DNA of 64,000 bases from the human T2T-CHM13v2.0 reference genome, Homo sapiens: the NCBI RefSeq assembly GCF_009914755.1, contig NC_060947.1. One strand, given 5' to 3'. Below are positions 14,335 through 30,751 of the stretch, one piece after another. Made by a program: the position numbers and the translations under genes. The number at the start of each line of letters is the position of its first letter. The stretch's first letter is position 1. The notes beneath the pieces were generated by a model. It ran no database searches. It saw only the letters and a list, made by a program, of their open reading frames with translations, and was not told the origin of the DNA.

Positions 14335-14545
14335 TATATTAATAGTTAACAACATGCATTGAGCATTTGTTATGTGTCAGGCACCATGCCAAGCACTATA
14401 TTATCTATATTAGCTCCTTTGATCTTCACAACTCAATGAGGTAGGTACAGAACTATTATCTTATCCTCCCCCCCTTTAAACATGAATCCTGGAACAGAGT
14501 CACTAAGGAACCTGTCCAAGTTCAGAGCTAATAAGTGGCAGTGAG
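14335..14545 (-). mobile_element. MIR
   Basis: CATTGAGCATTTGTTATGTGTCAGGCAC...TCTTCACAAC...TGAGGTAGGTAC...CCTGTCCAAGTTCAGAGCTAATAAGTGGCAG. Confidence 0.65.
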
Positions 14546-14629
14546 GCTCTAGAGACTACACTTTAAAAAATTCTTTCATGAGATATAATTCACATACCAT
14601 ACAATTCATCTGTTTAAAGTATACCATAC

Positions 14630-14948
14630 TTTTCTTTTTCTTTTTTTTTTTCTTTTTTTTTTTTTTTTTGCTTTTGAGACAGGCTCTCGCTCTGTCACCC
14701 TGGCTGGAGTGCAGTGGTGTGACCATGGCTCACCGCAGCTTTAACCTCCCGGGTTCACGCGACCCTCCGACCTCAGCTTCCAGAGTAGCTGGGACTACAG
14801 GTGTGCACCACCACACCCAGCTAATTTTTGTAGAGACAGGGTTTTGTCACATTGCCCATGCTGGTCTCAAACTCCTGGGCTCAAGTGATCTGCCCACCTT
14901 GGCCTCCCAAAATACTGGGATTACAGGCATGAGCCATCATGCCCAGCC
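14630..14948 (-). mobile_element. Alu (AluJ-like)
   Basis: Poly-T then full dimer. Confidence 0.93.
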
Positions 14949-15048
14949 CATGCAATGGTTTTTAGTGTATTCAAAGTTGAACCATCTCTTCAGCCATCAC
15001 CACAAGCGTTAATAGAACATTTTTATTACACTAAAAAGAAATCCCGGG

Positions 15049-15379
<331 letters not shown>

Positions 15380-15749
15380 TTAACCATCACTCCCTAAATT
15401 TTAGACAGCCACTGATCCTACTGCCTATGGATTTCCTTATGCTGGACATTTCAAAGAATTGGAATCATATAAAATGTGGTTCCAGAGCCCATACTCTTAA
15501 CTATTACCTGACACAGAGGAAGAGGAGGTTGTCCACTGACAAATCTCTGACACATGTTCTTTCACCAAGCCAAAAAGCCCTATTACCAACACCATCCCCT
15601 CACAACATGAGACACCCTGCAGCATGCTTCTGTTGTTGGCTGGAGGTGTGGCTTGGCAGGCAATTGCTAGGGCCCTTGAGAAGTAATGAGGAGATGGCAT
15701 GGCCTAAGAAAATGAGCACAGACTTTGGAGTCAGAAAGACGTGGGTTCA

Positions 15750-16360
15750 CTTCATACACTGCTGGTGGGAATGTAAACTGTAGTTGCCACCATGGAAAAT
15801 GCTTTGGCATTTCCTCAAAAGGTAAAACACAGAATTACCATATGGCCCAATAATTCCAATCTAAGAAAACTGAAAACAGGTGTTCACATACAAAGCTGTA
15901 TACAAACATTCACAGCAGCACTATTCACCATAGCCAAAAGGCAGAAGCAACCTAAGCACCCATCAACTGATGAATGGATAATGAAATTATGGTGTGTCCA
16001 TACAGTGCAATATTCTTCAGCCACCATGAAGGGAATAAAGTGCCAGTAGATTACGCTAAGTGAAAGAAACTAGACACAAAAGTCATATATTGTATGATTC
16101 CATTTATATGAAATGTCTAGAATGAGCAAATCCAGAGAGACTGAAAGCAGATTAGTGGTTGCCAGGGGCTGGGGGGAGGCAGGAATGAGAAGTGGTGTCT
16201 TAATGGGTACAGAATTTTACTTTTGAAGTCACGAAAATGTTCTAGAACTAGATAGTCTTAATGGTTGGATGACACTGTTTATATACTAAATGCCACTGAT
16301 ACTTTAAGTTGGTTGAAATGGTGAATTTTATGTTATGTGAGTTTCAACAAAAAAAATGAA
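15750..16360 (+). mobile_element. L1MB-like 3' fragment
   Basis: GCTGGTGGGAATGTAAA, ACATTCACAGCAGCACTATTCACCATAGCCAAAAGG, ATATTGTATGATTCCATTTATATGAAATGTC, GTGAATTTTATGTTATGTG plus A tail. Confidence 0.85.
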
Positions 16361-16377
16361 ATCGTTTAAAAATGAAA

Positions 16378-16545
16378 GATCTGGGTTCAAATCCATGCTG
16401 ACTGATCCTGTGCAAGTGACTTAGAGAAGTCTTAGTTCCATTATATGGAAAGTGAGGGAGGGGTCATTTTACAGGGTTTTGTGAGGATTAAAGGAGATAA
16501 CCCATAAAAATCACAATGCTGGCACATAGAAAGTGCTTAAGAAAG
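16378..16545 (+). mobile_element. MIR (continuation of a MIR split by the L1 at 15750)
   Basis: CTGGGTTCAAATCC...GCAAGTGACTTA...GGTTTTGTGAGGATTAAA...GCTGGCACATAG; the 5' part is at ~15712-15750 (GACTTTGGAGTCAGAAAGACGTGGGTTCA). Confidence 0.65.
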
Positions 16546-16804
16546 AGAAACAATTGGTCAGCCAAGAATAAAAACCACTGCCCTCGCTCTCTAGGCAAAA
16601 ATACCATATGTTCTATTTTCCACCTCAAACAGTTACATCTCTGTAGACTACAGCAATCCTAAATAGCAAACAATAACAGAATAACATGAAAACTGGACTT
16701 CGTTGACCTGGAGACTGAGGAGTCCTGAATTTTCTTTACAAAAACTTCGAAAGTGCCAGATCCTAACTCCAAGGTCCCATTCCTAATCAAGCAGTGGAGT
16801 CTTA

Positions 16805-17167
<363 letters not shown>

Positions 17168-18909
17168 CTAAGGATCTATCTCAGTCAATCTTTGGAAAAC
17201 TCCAAAACTTTCCAAGAATAATATAGCCCCTCTGAATCCAAAGCGTCTTTAGTGAGGGAATTACAGGAAATGATATACATAGAGGAGAACAGTTTTAGTT
17301 TGAGAAGAATCCCTCCCGCCAAACTGAATATAAGGTATTTATTTCCTGGAACAGAAGGGCAGCATTTTGTTGTTGTTGTTGAAACACTTATCTATATACA
17401 TTTATATGCAATGTGGATGTCTATTTTTGAAAATAAATTCCTTTCTAAGGTGTTGTTTTCCCTTGGTAAATGAGTCTTTAACACGACTGAAAGCTTCCCC
17501 AGCAAGAGATGGTTTCCATAATCCGTGAGAGGCAAATTGCACACAAAACAGATGTAGACACAACTGAATACAGTCCTGCTAAGATCCAATGCCAGAGATT
17601 AGAAAGAAGATGTGCTTCCAATATGCTTTTAATTACTTTATGAAGACAGTCCATTCGAGGGCTCAAATATGCAGTGAGCCCTAGTTAGACAAGCTCCAGA
17701 TAATCCTTCTAGAGCTCAGCCCTGGCGGATGCCTCATCCACACCAGCAATTTTTAGTAAGCAATAGCTCTTACCAGCCCTGCACTCCTCCCTCAACATAG
17801 AACCAGAAGTCTACTCTTTGCATACTAACTGGCCCTCCTAAGCAGCACAAGAGGCACATGGTAGAAAAAATGGACAGGTGATAAAAGAACCGGGGTCAGT
17901 GGGCCCCAGATACCAACACTTCTGGGCAGCACATACAAAGGAGATCATACGTGAGCAGCTACTATGAGGATGAAAGGAACATATGCTCAAGAATGCAACA
18001 AAGGATATTAGTTACAGTCTATTATGCTATCACATTTATTTTGAAAATGTGAATTTGTTTCAATGCAATTGATATATTAAGGAAGAAGTTGAGCATAATG
18101 AAAATTTCACGTTTCCTTATGCGTGAGCTTGTCTTCCAGAAATAGGAGGTGAATGCAGGAAACCGCAACCAGCTGTACCCAGCCATGTAGAAATACGCAA
18201 AACACATATATTAAACATCCACCAGCTCCCTCAGTCCAGTGGTATGAGCCACCCCTATCTCCACAGTTAGTGCTACAGCTTTCCATCAGATTTCAGATAA
18301 CTCTCCATCCACCACTTCATAATAACTCACACAAGCTGGAACCCTTCTGACTTCCCTGTCCACAGTTAAACTTCAGATGTCTTCAAGGTCACATGCCATA
18401 TGTATGGCAATATTTGTGTATTTCTTAACCATTTAGCATGTGTGAAACTGTGCTCCTAAGTTTCTTTGGTTCCTTTTTACTTTTTTAATGTGTCAGTGGA
18501 TAAGTTTGTTAGTGTTGTGCCCTAACCCCAATTTTCCCATAACGCCTACTGTTGTCTTACCACACAATTTGGCATAGCATGGTGATTTTTAGAAATGACT
18601 ATGTTGTGTTATAGTGAACTGACTATACTTTCCTGCAAGGTTTGTGCATTCAGTGGGTTAAATGGCACATTTAGTTGATCAGTCTCACTTTTTACACGCC
18701 CTTTCACCAGAATCAAGTTAATAAAAGTGAATCCTTCAGCAAGCCCAAGGGAACATATACCTGGCATAATCTGACTTAAGCCCTACATATCTAAATGGAA
18801 TATGTAATCAAAACCAAAATGTCCAGCTAACCAAATTAACACTTGTCATAGGATGAAAAAGTATTAAGATCATAAGAAAACAACTTGATTACAAAACAGG
18901 CAAAAGGTG

Positions 18910-19659
<750 letters not shown>

Positions 19660-20154
19660 TCACAACTCCAAATGCTGGCAAGGTTATAGCGCAAGAGAAA
19701 CTCTCATTGTTGGTGGGAATGTAACATGGTACAGCCATTTGAAGGCAGTTTGGCAGTTTCTAACAAAACTAAACACACCCTTATCATATGATCTAGCAAC
19801 TACTCTCCTTGGTATTTATTCAAATGAGCTGAAAACATATTCACACAAAACCTTGCACACAGATGTTTATAGCAGCTTATTCCTAATTGCCAAAATTTGC
19901 CAAAACTTGGAAGCAACTAAGATGTCCTTCAGTAGGTGAATCTGTGGTTCATCCAGACAAGAGAATTTTGGTACTAAAATGAAATGAACTATCAAGCCAA
20001 GAAAAGACATAAAGAAACCTTAAATGCATATTATTAAGTGAAAGAAGTCAATCTGAAAAGGCTACGTACTGTTTCCAACTATATGACATATGGAATGTCA
20101 TACAGATTCCAACTATATGACATTCTGGAAAGGACATAACTATAGAGACAGTCA

Positions 20155-20613
<459 letters not shown>

Positions 20614-22850
20614 CAATGAGTGAACCCTACTGTAAACTTACAGACTTTGGGTGATGATGATGAGTCAATGTAGGTTCACTGACTGTAACAAATGCACCAC
20701 TGTGGTGGGGAATGGTAATCACGGGGGAGGCTATGCATGTGTTGGGGTAGAAGGTACATGAAAACTCTCTGTACTATTGTAACAATACAACTCGAGAATT
20801 TTCTTCAGGGAACTGGAAATGCACAGAGACATACACTTTAATGTGTCCAAATGAACTAGACAATCCCCACTACCCAGAGCAAATGGCTATGCGCAAGATA
20901 AAAATGTAAAAGGCCTAACAAATTCTGACAATTTTAACTCCTTTGTAAAAAGGAGCCATACAGCCTTTTTCTTTTTCTTTTTTCCTGGAAGGAATAGTGC
21001 TATTGATTTTTCAAAAGTTAATAAGTTTTAAGGATCTCTGTCAAACAAAGCCATTTCCTTCAGATGAAAACAGGAGAGTGGCCATACCCTGTTGTTAAAA
21101 CCTGCAGTGAATTAAAGTCATTTCTTAAAAAAAAAAAAGTTGTTTCCCCTGAGAATCTCAAAGTTCAAACTTTGAAAGAGGAAAGAGGAGATGAGAGGAA
21201 CTTTAGGGTTGCTATAAATGTCTCAGTCTTCGGTTTGAAAGGTTACGTAAGGATGCACAATTACCTGAGTAGGAGTGAGAGCCCAATCCAAAAGCAGACT
21301 CTGAGCATTGTCCTGGTACATGTGGAGCATTTCTGTGAAGCATTTCTGGAAGGCTCCAGAAGGCTCAGGCCCCGGGCTATAGCGTGACAGGTACAAGCAG
21401 GAACCATGAAAGGTCCCAGGTCGGGCATCATTTCCCAAGGGTGTCATCAAAGACCTCAAGGGTAAAAAGGAGTGCTGAGAAGCTACCAAGACAGTCAGAT
21501 CTCAGGCAAACCCTTCCCTTACGCCTCCTGCAAATCTCTTAATAGCCAGTGTTCCCTTTTCTGACCTACCACTGGCTCCCAACACAACAGAAAGAGTATC
21601 TGTGCTAGCTGTCAAGCTGGACTCTGTTTAAACACTCTCTCTGCATAGTCTCTAACCCAGCAGGAAAGCACTGCCTTTTGGGATCTCTGCAGAAGCCCTC
21701 TGAAACTTCCACAGGCCTCAGGTCACAGCCAGAGAACCCTAAATCAGGACTCATAATGAACTCACATCTGTTTGTACAAAAATATTAAAATGCATCTTAA
21801 TACAGGTAACTAACTGATGTCCCCAAGAGTCTAGGATTACCTCGTTATCACTGTCCTGCACCTTTCCAGCTGTGAGTGAATAAAGTAAGTATATTTAAGT
21901 ACAACACAGCCTCTATCTCACAGGAAGGCATTCTTTTTGATTTGTTGTAGAGCATTCAGTTCAAGGACTCAGTATTGCTTGGGATTGCAAACAGGGTGAC
22001 TTGCAGTGACATTTGCAAGCCATATACTCTTCAAGGCAATTTTTATGGGTTGTCAGGTTGGGGGACATGGGGAAAAGAGCATAAAAGTGTTCATGATCTA
22101 CATGGTCTTAGAAGAAATGTAAGAAACACCGAAGAATTCAGTTGTTAAACATCGGGAACAGTCAAAAAGTCTGGCTAATTTGCTTTTGATTTTTACTTGA
22201 AAGTATTTATCATCAGAATAGAAGTAATTGTCATAATAATGGCAATGCCTCACATACATATGGTGCTTAAAGCATCTTCACGTATATTATCATTTTATTT
22301 TGTCTGCACCATAACTCTTGAAGGCATTATCCTATTTTACAGTTACAGAAACTTAGGTTCAGTTTCTGATCAGAATAATGAAGATAAAAATACTCCTCTC
22401 TGAGATGCTTGTGAAGTTAATAACAGATTCATCAAAATTAAGTACTTAAAGTTCCTGGCCCCAAGCTTAACCCAGAACAGGCATTCCAATACTAGTTAAA
22501 ATGCAAGTCATCTAATTGCTGAGCTTTTATTCCTTTCCCACATCACCACCCCAACAGTGAGGCAGCCAAAACTAACGTTTGATTTGTGGGTGTATTATAC
22601 ATGTGTACATATTATTAGGCTAATGCTAAAATGAAAGGACAGCCCCAAAATACCAGCTAGGCAAGGGGACAGGACTGGGATCGAGGCTTTGCTGATATTT
22701 GTTTTCTGTGCAGCAACTTTCCTATGTGGGGGCCTAGGGAGGAGGGGGCTTTTAAATAGCTTTAACAGTAAGCACTGGAGTCCATTTTAACTCAAAAAAT
22801 AAAAATAAATAAAATAAATAAAAAATAAAAATAAAATTTAAAAAAACTCT

Positions 22851-23016
22851 GGCCCAGCACAGTGGTTCATGCCTGTAATCTCAGCACTTTGGGAGACTGA
22901 GGTGGGAGGATCGCTTGAGCCAAGGAGGTCAAGGTTGCAGTGAGCTATGATTGTACCACTGCAGTCCAGCCTGGGTGACAGAAAGAGACCCTGTCTCAAA
23001 AAAAAAAAAAAAAAAA
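22851..23016 (+). mobile_element. Alu monomer (FRAM/FAM-like)
   Basis: Single ~150-bp arm plus poly-A, preceded by an (AAAAT)n tract. Confidence 0.85.
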
Positions 23017-24189
23017 GATTCTAAGCAGTTCTTTCAGATGATTCTACCAGGGACACAAATGGAATAGGAAAATGTTTAAACAAAGAATACATATTTGCTT
23101 GTTTAAATTAAAACTGCTCTAGGCACATTATCAGGAAACTTTATCTGAAAAGTAATTGGGCAAAGCCTAAGGGATCTTAATTTTAATACAAAATGTTTCA
23201 GATAGAATGAAAGGGACATGATTTTATTCTGTTTCAAAGAACAGCAATAAAGACCCTGATGACCCTGTATTATATACAATATGCAGCTCCTAATGACATT
23301 AATGGAAATGGGAGGCAGGTGCATATTCTCGGAGACTAAAGAACAACCTGAGACATGGCTATTAAGTCAGAAATCTGTCTATTCAGATGCCCCCTGGCCT
23401 CCCTTGTTTTAAGGACCATCTCAATAACTAGCAGTTTTGTTAGAGCATTAATAGTCCTAATTCGCTCTGACATACTTGAACTAAAAGTATCTATTCTCTG
23501 AGTACAAAGACTACTACCCCACCCCCAGTTTCTAATCCCTTTAGTTTATGGTTTTGAGACAAAAGCCAATTTTATGCAGAATTAGATTTTGGGAAAAAAT
23601 AACCCACATGCTAATCCACCCAATGCTTTTGGACACCAAGCTAATTCTCATGGTCATTAGAGGGAAGGTTCTGTCTTAATACTTGAAGGAGGAGGCAGCC
23701 AGAAGCCCATAGTCCCTCCCTCTGAGTGTTGAATCAGGAAGTTTCATGCGACCTGACATGCTGGTGTCAGAAGAAGTTGGAATCTTCACTACATAAAAAA
23801 AGGAATACCTACACCGCTAGCAAGCTGGCTGTTTCAACCTGTGCTGACATGGGATTCAACTGTACCCCGACAGGATCCTGTTTTCACATACATCCACTAA
23901 ATCTTACTTGGCTATAGCATATCAGCCTCAGTTCACAAGAGCAAAGTGGCTTTATGGACAAAGGCCTACAGATATCCTTAGGGTGGGCTGAGAGGCTCTA
24001 CTTTGGTCTCCCAGTATTTCCTGTTATTGTAGTAATGCTGCATGAAAGAAAACAGTGGGTTTCAATTATATGCTGCGAATAATGTCCCAAAGCATTTTGC
24101 AGGGATATTAATTCCTTCTTATTTATAGTTGTCTGCCAGAATGTAAACAGTAGAGAATTGGAAGCATTTCACCAAAGAAAAGCAATGAC

Positions 24190-24286
24190 AGAAAAAGGAA
24201 GAAAAGAAGAGAGAGAGAGAAAAGAAAAGAAAAAAGAAGAAAACAGAAAAAAAGGAAAGAAGGAAGGAGAAAAAAAGAAGGAAAAG
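24190..24286. repeat. GA-rich low-complexity tract
   Basis: Almost pure A/G run. Confidence 0.88.
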
Positions 24287-25302
24287 TGCACAGAAAACTA
24301 AATGAGATTTTCATTTCAACCTTGTTAGTGAATTATAGCTTATGAGTTTAAGATATTATGCTCAAATTCTTTCCTGAAAGGTTTAGGAATAATTATATAG
24401 GACTTAAAGGACAGGCAATGCCAGATAAACCCAATAAGTCTATCATTTGTAATAGAGGCAGTGTTTCCTGTAAATGAGCGCTAGATTTCATTTCATAATC
24501 ATACTTCGAAATGTTTGTTGATTATTAATTACATGGTACATTGGACTTCTGAGGTCATAGCTTTTTATTTTCCTAACTCTAGTGCAGCACCGATAGGGCT
24601 CAAATGCTTGAATTGAGTTCCCCAATAGCTTCTTCAGTTTCTAACATTAAGTATCCATCCAGCTCAGAGTAAATCATCCCTAGCTATATTATTTTCATGT
24701 TAAGACTTAAGCTCAAAACTAGGTGGATCAGGAACTGTTTTTCCCACAACTTTGTGTTGTCTAAAAGCCTTATGGGACAAGTATTCTGCAAGGCTCTTCT
24801 ATGCCATAGATGACAACAAATCTTTTCAATAGATAGATACACAGATTTGTTGCTAAAGGGACTTTAGCAATGCTGGCCATAAGGTAGGTGGCAGGCTAGA
24901 ATATACACCTACCTGGGACCACAAATGGGCAAAGCCCTTACTTTAAAAGCTTCACGGTGAAAAGACCCTTTACGTACCTGTCAGTGACCGGTCTTAACCT
25001 TCTGTGTTTTTAGTCCACTTGATGTTGAGGGAAAAATGTGCTTCAAAGCCTAACATAACCACTGTTGTTATATCAAAGTGCTACAACAAAGATGATGCCT
25101 TGGAATAGGCTTCTGGACATGTATGACTTTTCTTAACGGAAAGGAAACTGGGCATTTTCCAAACTGAGTTAGTAACACTTACTGAGCCCCTGTACTATAT
25201 GTAAGGCATGATAGGGGATTATAAAGCTGAACAAGATATAATGCCTGACGGCTTCAAGGAGCTTACATCCCTGTAGAAGTAATAAAACCAACAGCCAACT
25301 CC

Positions 25303-26020
25303 TTTTTTTTTTTTTGAAACGGAGTCTTGCTCTGTTGCCCAGGCTGGAGTGCAGTGGTATGATCTCGGCTCACGGCAAGCTCCGCCTCTTGGGTTCACAC
25401 AGGTGCCCACCACTATGCCTGGCTAAGTTTTTGTATTTTTAGTAGAGACGGGGTATCACCGTGTTAGCCAGGATGGTCTTGATCTCCATCTCCTGACCTC
25501 GTGATCCACCTGCCTCGGCCTCCCAAAGTGCTGGGATTACAGGCATGAGCCACCGCGCCCAGCCAGCCAACTCTTTTTAAGAGATGGACTCTCACTATGT
25601 TGCTCAGGCTGGAGTGCAGTGGCTATTCAAAGGCACAATACTAGCACACTATAACCCCAAACTCCTGGGCTCAAGTGATCCTTCTGCCTCAGCACCAGCA
25701 CAGCTACCCATAGCCTTTTTTTTTTTTTTTTTTTTTGAGACAGGGTACGAGTCTGTCACCCAGACTGAAGTGCAGTGGCACAATCTGAGCTCACTGCCAC
25801 CTCCATCTCCTGGGCTGAAGCCATCCTCCCACCTCAGCCTCCTGAATACCTGGAACTACAGGCGTGCGCCACTATACCCAGCCAATTTTTTTGTATTCTC
25901 AGTAGAGACAGGGTTTCATGATGTTGCCCAGGCTGGTCTCGAACTCCTGAATTCAAGTGATCCACCCACTTCAGCCTTCCAAACTGCTGGGATTACAGGC
26001 ATGAACCACCACACCCAGCT
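25303..26020 (-). mobile_element. Alu cluster: internally deleted AluY-like (25303-25563), monomer fragment (25575-25692), AluJ-like (25716-26020)
   Basis: Alu consensus blocks; TSD CAGCCAACTC around the first element. Confidence 0.9.
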
Positions 26021-28591
26021 GCCAATTTTAATATAAGGTAGAATATTGCCTTGAAGACTGGAACTGCGTCTGTCTTACTCTCTCTTATATCCCTAATAAC
26101 TGACACCTAGCTGGGCACACAGGAGATATTTGATAAATGCTTACAGAATAAATGAATGAACAATTCATCATTCTAATGTCCATTCATTCATTCATGGCAA
26201 AATGCTATGGGTCAAAAGCAATTTCCAGATGGGCATCTGAGAAAACAGATGCAAAGATCTACAAGAGATGAGAAGGACTGTTAATCAGCAGAATTAGGGA
26301 GGGCAAAATTTAGGCTAAAGGAAGAACACGTGTATAAAGGCCTGCGGGCGAGACGAGAAGACAGTCCCGGCTGTTTTGGGGAAACAGCTCATCTGGTTTC
26401 ACTATATGTAGAGTACAGGGAGTGGGAAGAGGGGGACATCAAATTGGGAAAGGTAGAAAGATGGGATGGAAATTACCCAGGGTCTCTACCCAAGATGACT
26501 CTGTTGTGACCATGAAATATACATGTGGCCAGCACCACGGACCGTGGGTACATACTGCTGTTGGACCTGATAGCCTGAAAGACTCTTCTGAACATAATGA
26601 GCACTCATGGGTGTTAGATTTCGGGCAGGAGCATCCTAAAGCAAATTTTGAGTAAGACGACTTATCTGAATGTTAATGCCTTGACATTTAACCTTCTGAA
26701 GGAAGAACTGCTGGGTTCAAATTCACACTCAGCGACTATGCACTCACATAAGGGGAGGAGGGTCTCCAGTCTTTCAGAAGTTCATGCACAACATTCCAGG
26801 CACTGGCTGAGGCAGCATGTTCTTCCCAGTGCGCAACTTCAAGCAGAGAAGCTTGAAGTGAGAGAGGCACACCCAAGCCAGCGTTCTCGTTATGATCTAA
26901 GCTACCGGTCGAACTCCAGCTGTCTCAAAAAAGCTCCACAGCCTACTTCTTCACCTCAAACTGCTTTTTTTGATCTTTTCTAAAATGAGGTCTCTTCTGA
27001 TGTACACATAACTTGCCTCCCTTTCCTCCTCTCACCCACCTACTCATCTTTCATAATGAATTAGCGTATTAACTAATGTCTAGCCTAAGACAAATGGGAA
27101 CATAGTAACACATTACCTATCTGGAACCTAAATATAAGCCCCCAAAGGGTTTCATCAGCCAAAAATCCATGCACCACAGCCATAGGAGAAGCCCTCCCCT
27201 CACAGCTTTATGTATACTGACTTGGCATAGAGTTTTGATGAGCTTAACGCTATAGTTCCAAAGAGCACAAGGGAAGTTTCCAAGGAGGGACAGGAGTTGC
27301 TAAAAGCGAGCAAGCTAACAGCAGTACAGAATGACAGCTGACAGCAAGGAAGGAGACAAAAACCATTCAGAAAGCTCAGTTACCCAGAACTGCTCATTTC
27401 AAGGTTTTATTATATTCAAGAATACATATGCAATGAGGAAAGAGCTTTCCTCTTATTCCCCTTATCTTTCCAGATCATCTCATCAGCTCTCAACGCATTT
27501 GCAGTGAAACACAGACTATTATAGCTGGAAAGGATCCTAGTAATATAATCAAGTTTAACGCCCTCCTTTCATGAACACCGGGAACAAGACCTTGATGTGC
27601 TCACTTGCTGAATGCCCATCCCCCAGCTGGTCAGCAGCAAGGCAGGGACTAGCATCCAGGCTTCCTGATCCCCAAAGGCTCTTTCTCCCGCCTGGCAGTG
27701 ATGTTTATGTGCTCATGTTATAGCTGTGTCCACTTAGAATAGGAAAAAAGAAATCAGCCTACAGTCTAGTGTAAATATTGAAATTTGATAACATCAGACC
27801 GGAAAGAAAATATTTTAGAACTTCTGAAAAGGTCAGTAAAAGGAATTAAAAGCTATGTATACTGTCAAGTTTCTAGAAACCCATCCCGAATCAAATTTTG
27901 ATTATTGCTGTTGTTGTTATCATCTGCCTACGCTTATGAGTTTGAGACACCTTCCCTAATGAGGGCTCTAAGTTACAGTGAATCCCTAAAAGGCCATGCA
28001 ACAAACATCCCTTCATAACAGAAAGCTTTCTCTGCCTCAGCAGATGGCCCTCTTTCCAAGCAGTCTTTGTTAACAACAGTTCTAGTACAAAAAGGCAATG
28101 TGGGCTGCTTTTTGCTCCTGGTTTCCACCCTTACTGATCGCTTCCTTTCCTCCCAAGAGGCCACTTGTAAACCAGGACTGGGATAGAACAAGAAGAGAAG
28201 GTCTGGAAAAGAATGGCCTGGATCCCAAATCCTTTTAGTTCTGTATTGTTGGAGCTTCTGTGGTTTTCTGCTGGTTAATTTTGTAAATCGATTTGGACCT
28301 TACATATTGTTCTTAATTATTAACAGGCTTTAATCTGTTAAATGTACTGCAGTCAACAATACCCAAAAAAATTGCTTCGTGAACACAAGGAGGGCATGGG
28401 AATCAGAAAAGAATACATTCTACTACCTTTCTGCAAAGCACCTGGAACATTATTGTATAATTCTGGGCTGTGCACATCAAGCAAGATATAAGCTGAACTG
28501 AGGGCTCAGCTGAGGGCAGCTGACGTTATTGCAGAGTCAGGGAAAGGGTGGGATAAGAAGTGAGGAGAGTCTGGTACAGAAAGAAGACTTA

Positions 28592-29011
<420 letters not shown>

Positions 29012-30751
29012 ATTAACGTACAATAAAGAGAGGCACTATCTTATATCTAGTAGCCAGTCAACAGTCAATCTGTTATTCCTAGAGGTGGGATAAACTAAAG
29101 AAAGCATGGCTAAAGCAAATCAGGGCTACTGGGAGATATCCCTGAACACCCTGGGACCATCTGAGATAACCACACTGGCGTGGACCCTGTGGCTTATCCA
29201 ATGAGACAGCTCCTACTGATAAGGACACCTAGCTTTTCAATGACTTATCACTCTTGTTCATTACAGGAAATTAATCTATACAGCTGCATCTTGTATGTCC
29301 CAATTGTGTTTCCATTGGGGATGCCCCAGCCTTTTAAGGTAAAGAAAGACATAGAAATGGTCCTAAAAAGGATACAGCTGTCACCCAACTTCAGGCTTTA
29401 TTGGCAAACTCCTTTTCAAAAACAAAACAAAAAAAAAAAAAAAAGGAGAGCATAATAATCACTTGCCATTTGTCAGACAGCCCCAAAAGAAGCGGCTAAA
29501 CTCTTTCCTCTCCTTCCGCTTATATAGCCCTCCTCCTTTACCCCACCCTTTGAGCACCTCTTTCACCAACCACCTGTCAAAATAAAGCAAGCCATGGATC
29601 TTTCAAAAACTGACACTGGAAAGAAGCCGTTGGATGATTTCTTTCCAGGACCCGTTGAAAGATAAAAGATGAGGCAGACAATTTAAAAGGCGAGACTGTA
29701 CCCTCCGGATCACAAAGCTGAAAGCAGACAAACCGTGGAAGCCAATGACACAGGAAACGCCCTTTGACCAGAGACAGACACTAGGCATAGCAAAGTTATT
29801 TTCAATAAAGAATAAGAAACTGAATTAAGCCATTTCACAACTAATAGTCATAGAATCATTTCATTGTAAAAAAGTGGGAGAGGAGGGAGAATGGAGGGTT
29901 ATTACGAGCTCCTCCTTTTAGAAACAATGACACTGCTTTCTAGGAAGTTCTGTTCAGATGACAAATGTTTTAGGAAGGGTTTTGTTTGGGGTTTCTTTCC
30001 TTTGTTTTATTTTTAAAAGTGAGACACACAGACATGTGGGAAACCCTCTTCCAATCAAAAGGACAGAAGAACCACAAGAAAAGGCACTACCCTTCAAGCA
30101 ACTAATTTGTAGTTCAGGTTTAACCCACTCTCCCACCAGCCAACAGTTTAGCTGTTTCTGGGAATGTTGCTGAACTAGGTTTTTAAAAACCAGAGTAGAT
30201 GCAGGTTCCTGGCCAGAACTAAGAAAAAGGGTGAATTTGGGAAGTGCTTAGAGAGAGAAAAAAAAAAAAAACAAAACCTGAACTCTCAGAACTAATGCCC
30301 TGGGTTCAACTTCGTATTTCCTTCCCTCCCCTACACACCTGTAAGCAGAGGAATTTGGCATGTGCTGATGTTAGACTAGACTTTAGGCATAAGGGTAAAG
30401 TTTCCTTCCTTTCAACCTTCTGAAAGAAAGAAAAAAAAAGAAATGTATCATAAAATTGAACTTAAGGAAGTTATTCAACAGAAGCCAAACACACAGGAAT
30501 GATCATTGCTGTATTCGAATATAAAACCAAACACAAAAAAACACACATTCAAAACACCAAAAATAATCTAAATATCCATTTGTGGTACATATAATAGATT
30601 ACAGTACATTAACTTAAGGGAATATTATTCAGTCATTTGCAATTTTTAACTGTATAAAACCACAAAAGCATTTTTACAGTTGTTATATTAAAAACAGGAG
30701 ATACACCCAGTAATACATACCACAATTTAAGCCATATAAAAACATATGCAC

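Noticed and set aside
14578-15012. Many 60-180 aa ORFs with [37 protein letters not shown] motifs (here and throughout)
   Set aside because: Translations of Alu sequence.
18130-18630. Possible old Tigger-like DNA transposon
   Set aside because: Resemblance too weak to define terminal repeats or family by eye.
28035-28052. CTCF-like motif TCAGCAGATGGCCC (and a partial one at ~52411)
   Set aside because: Only partial matches; cannot be supported without a PWM scan or ChIP data.
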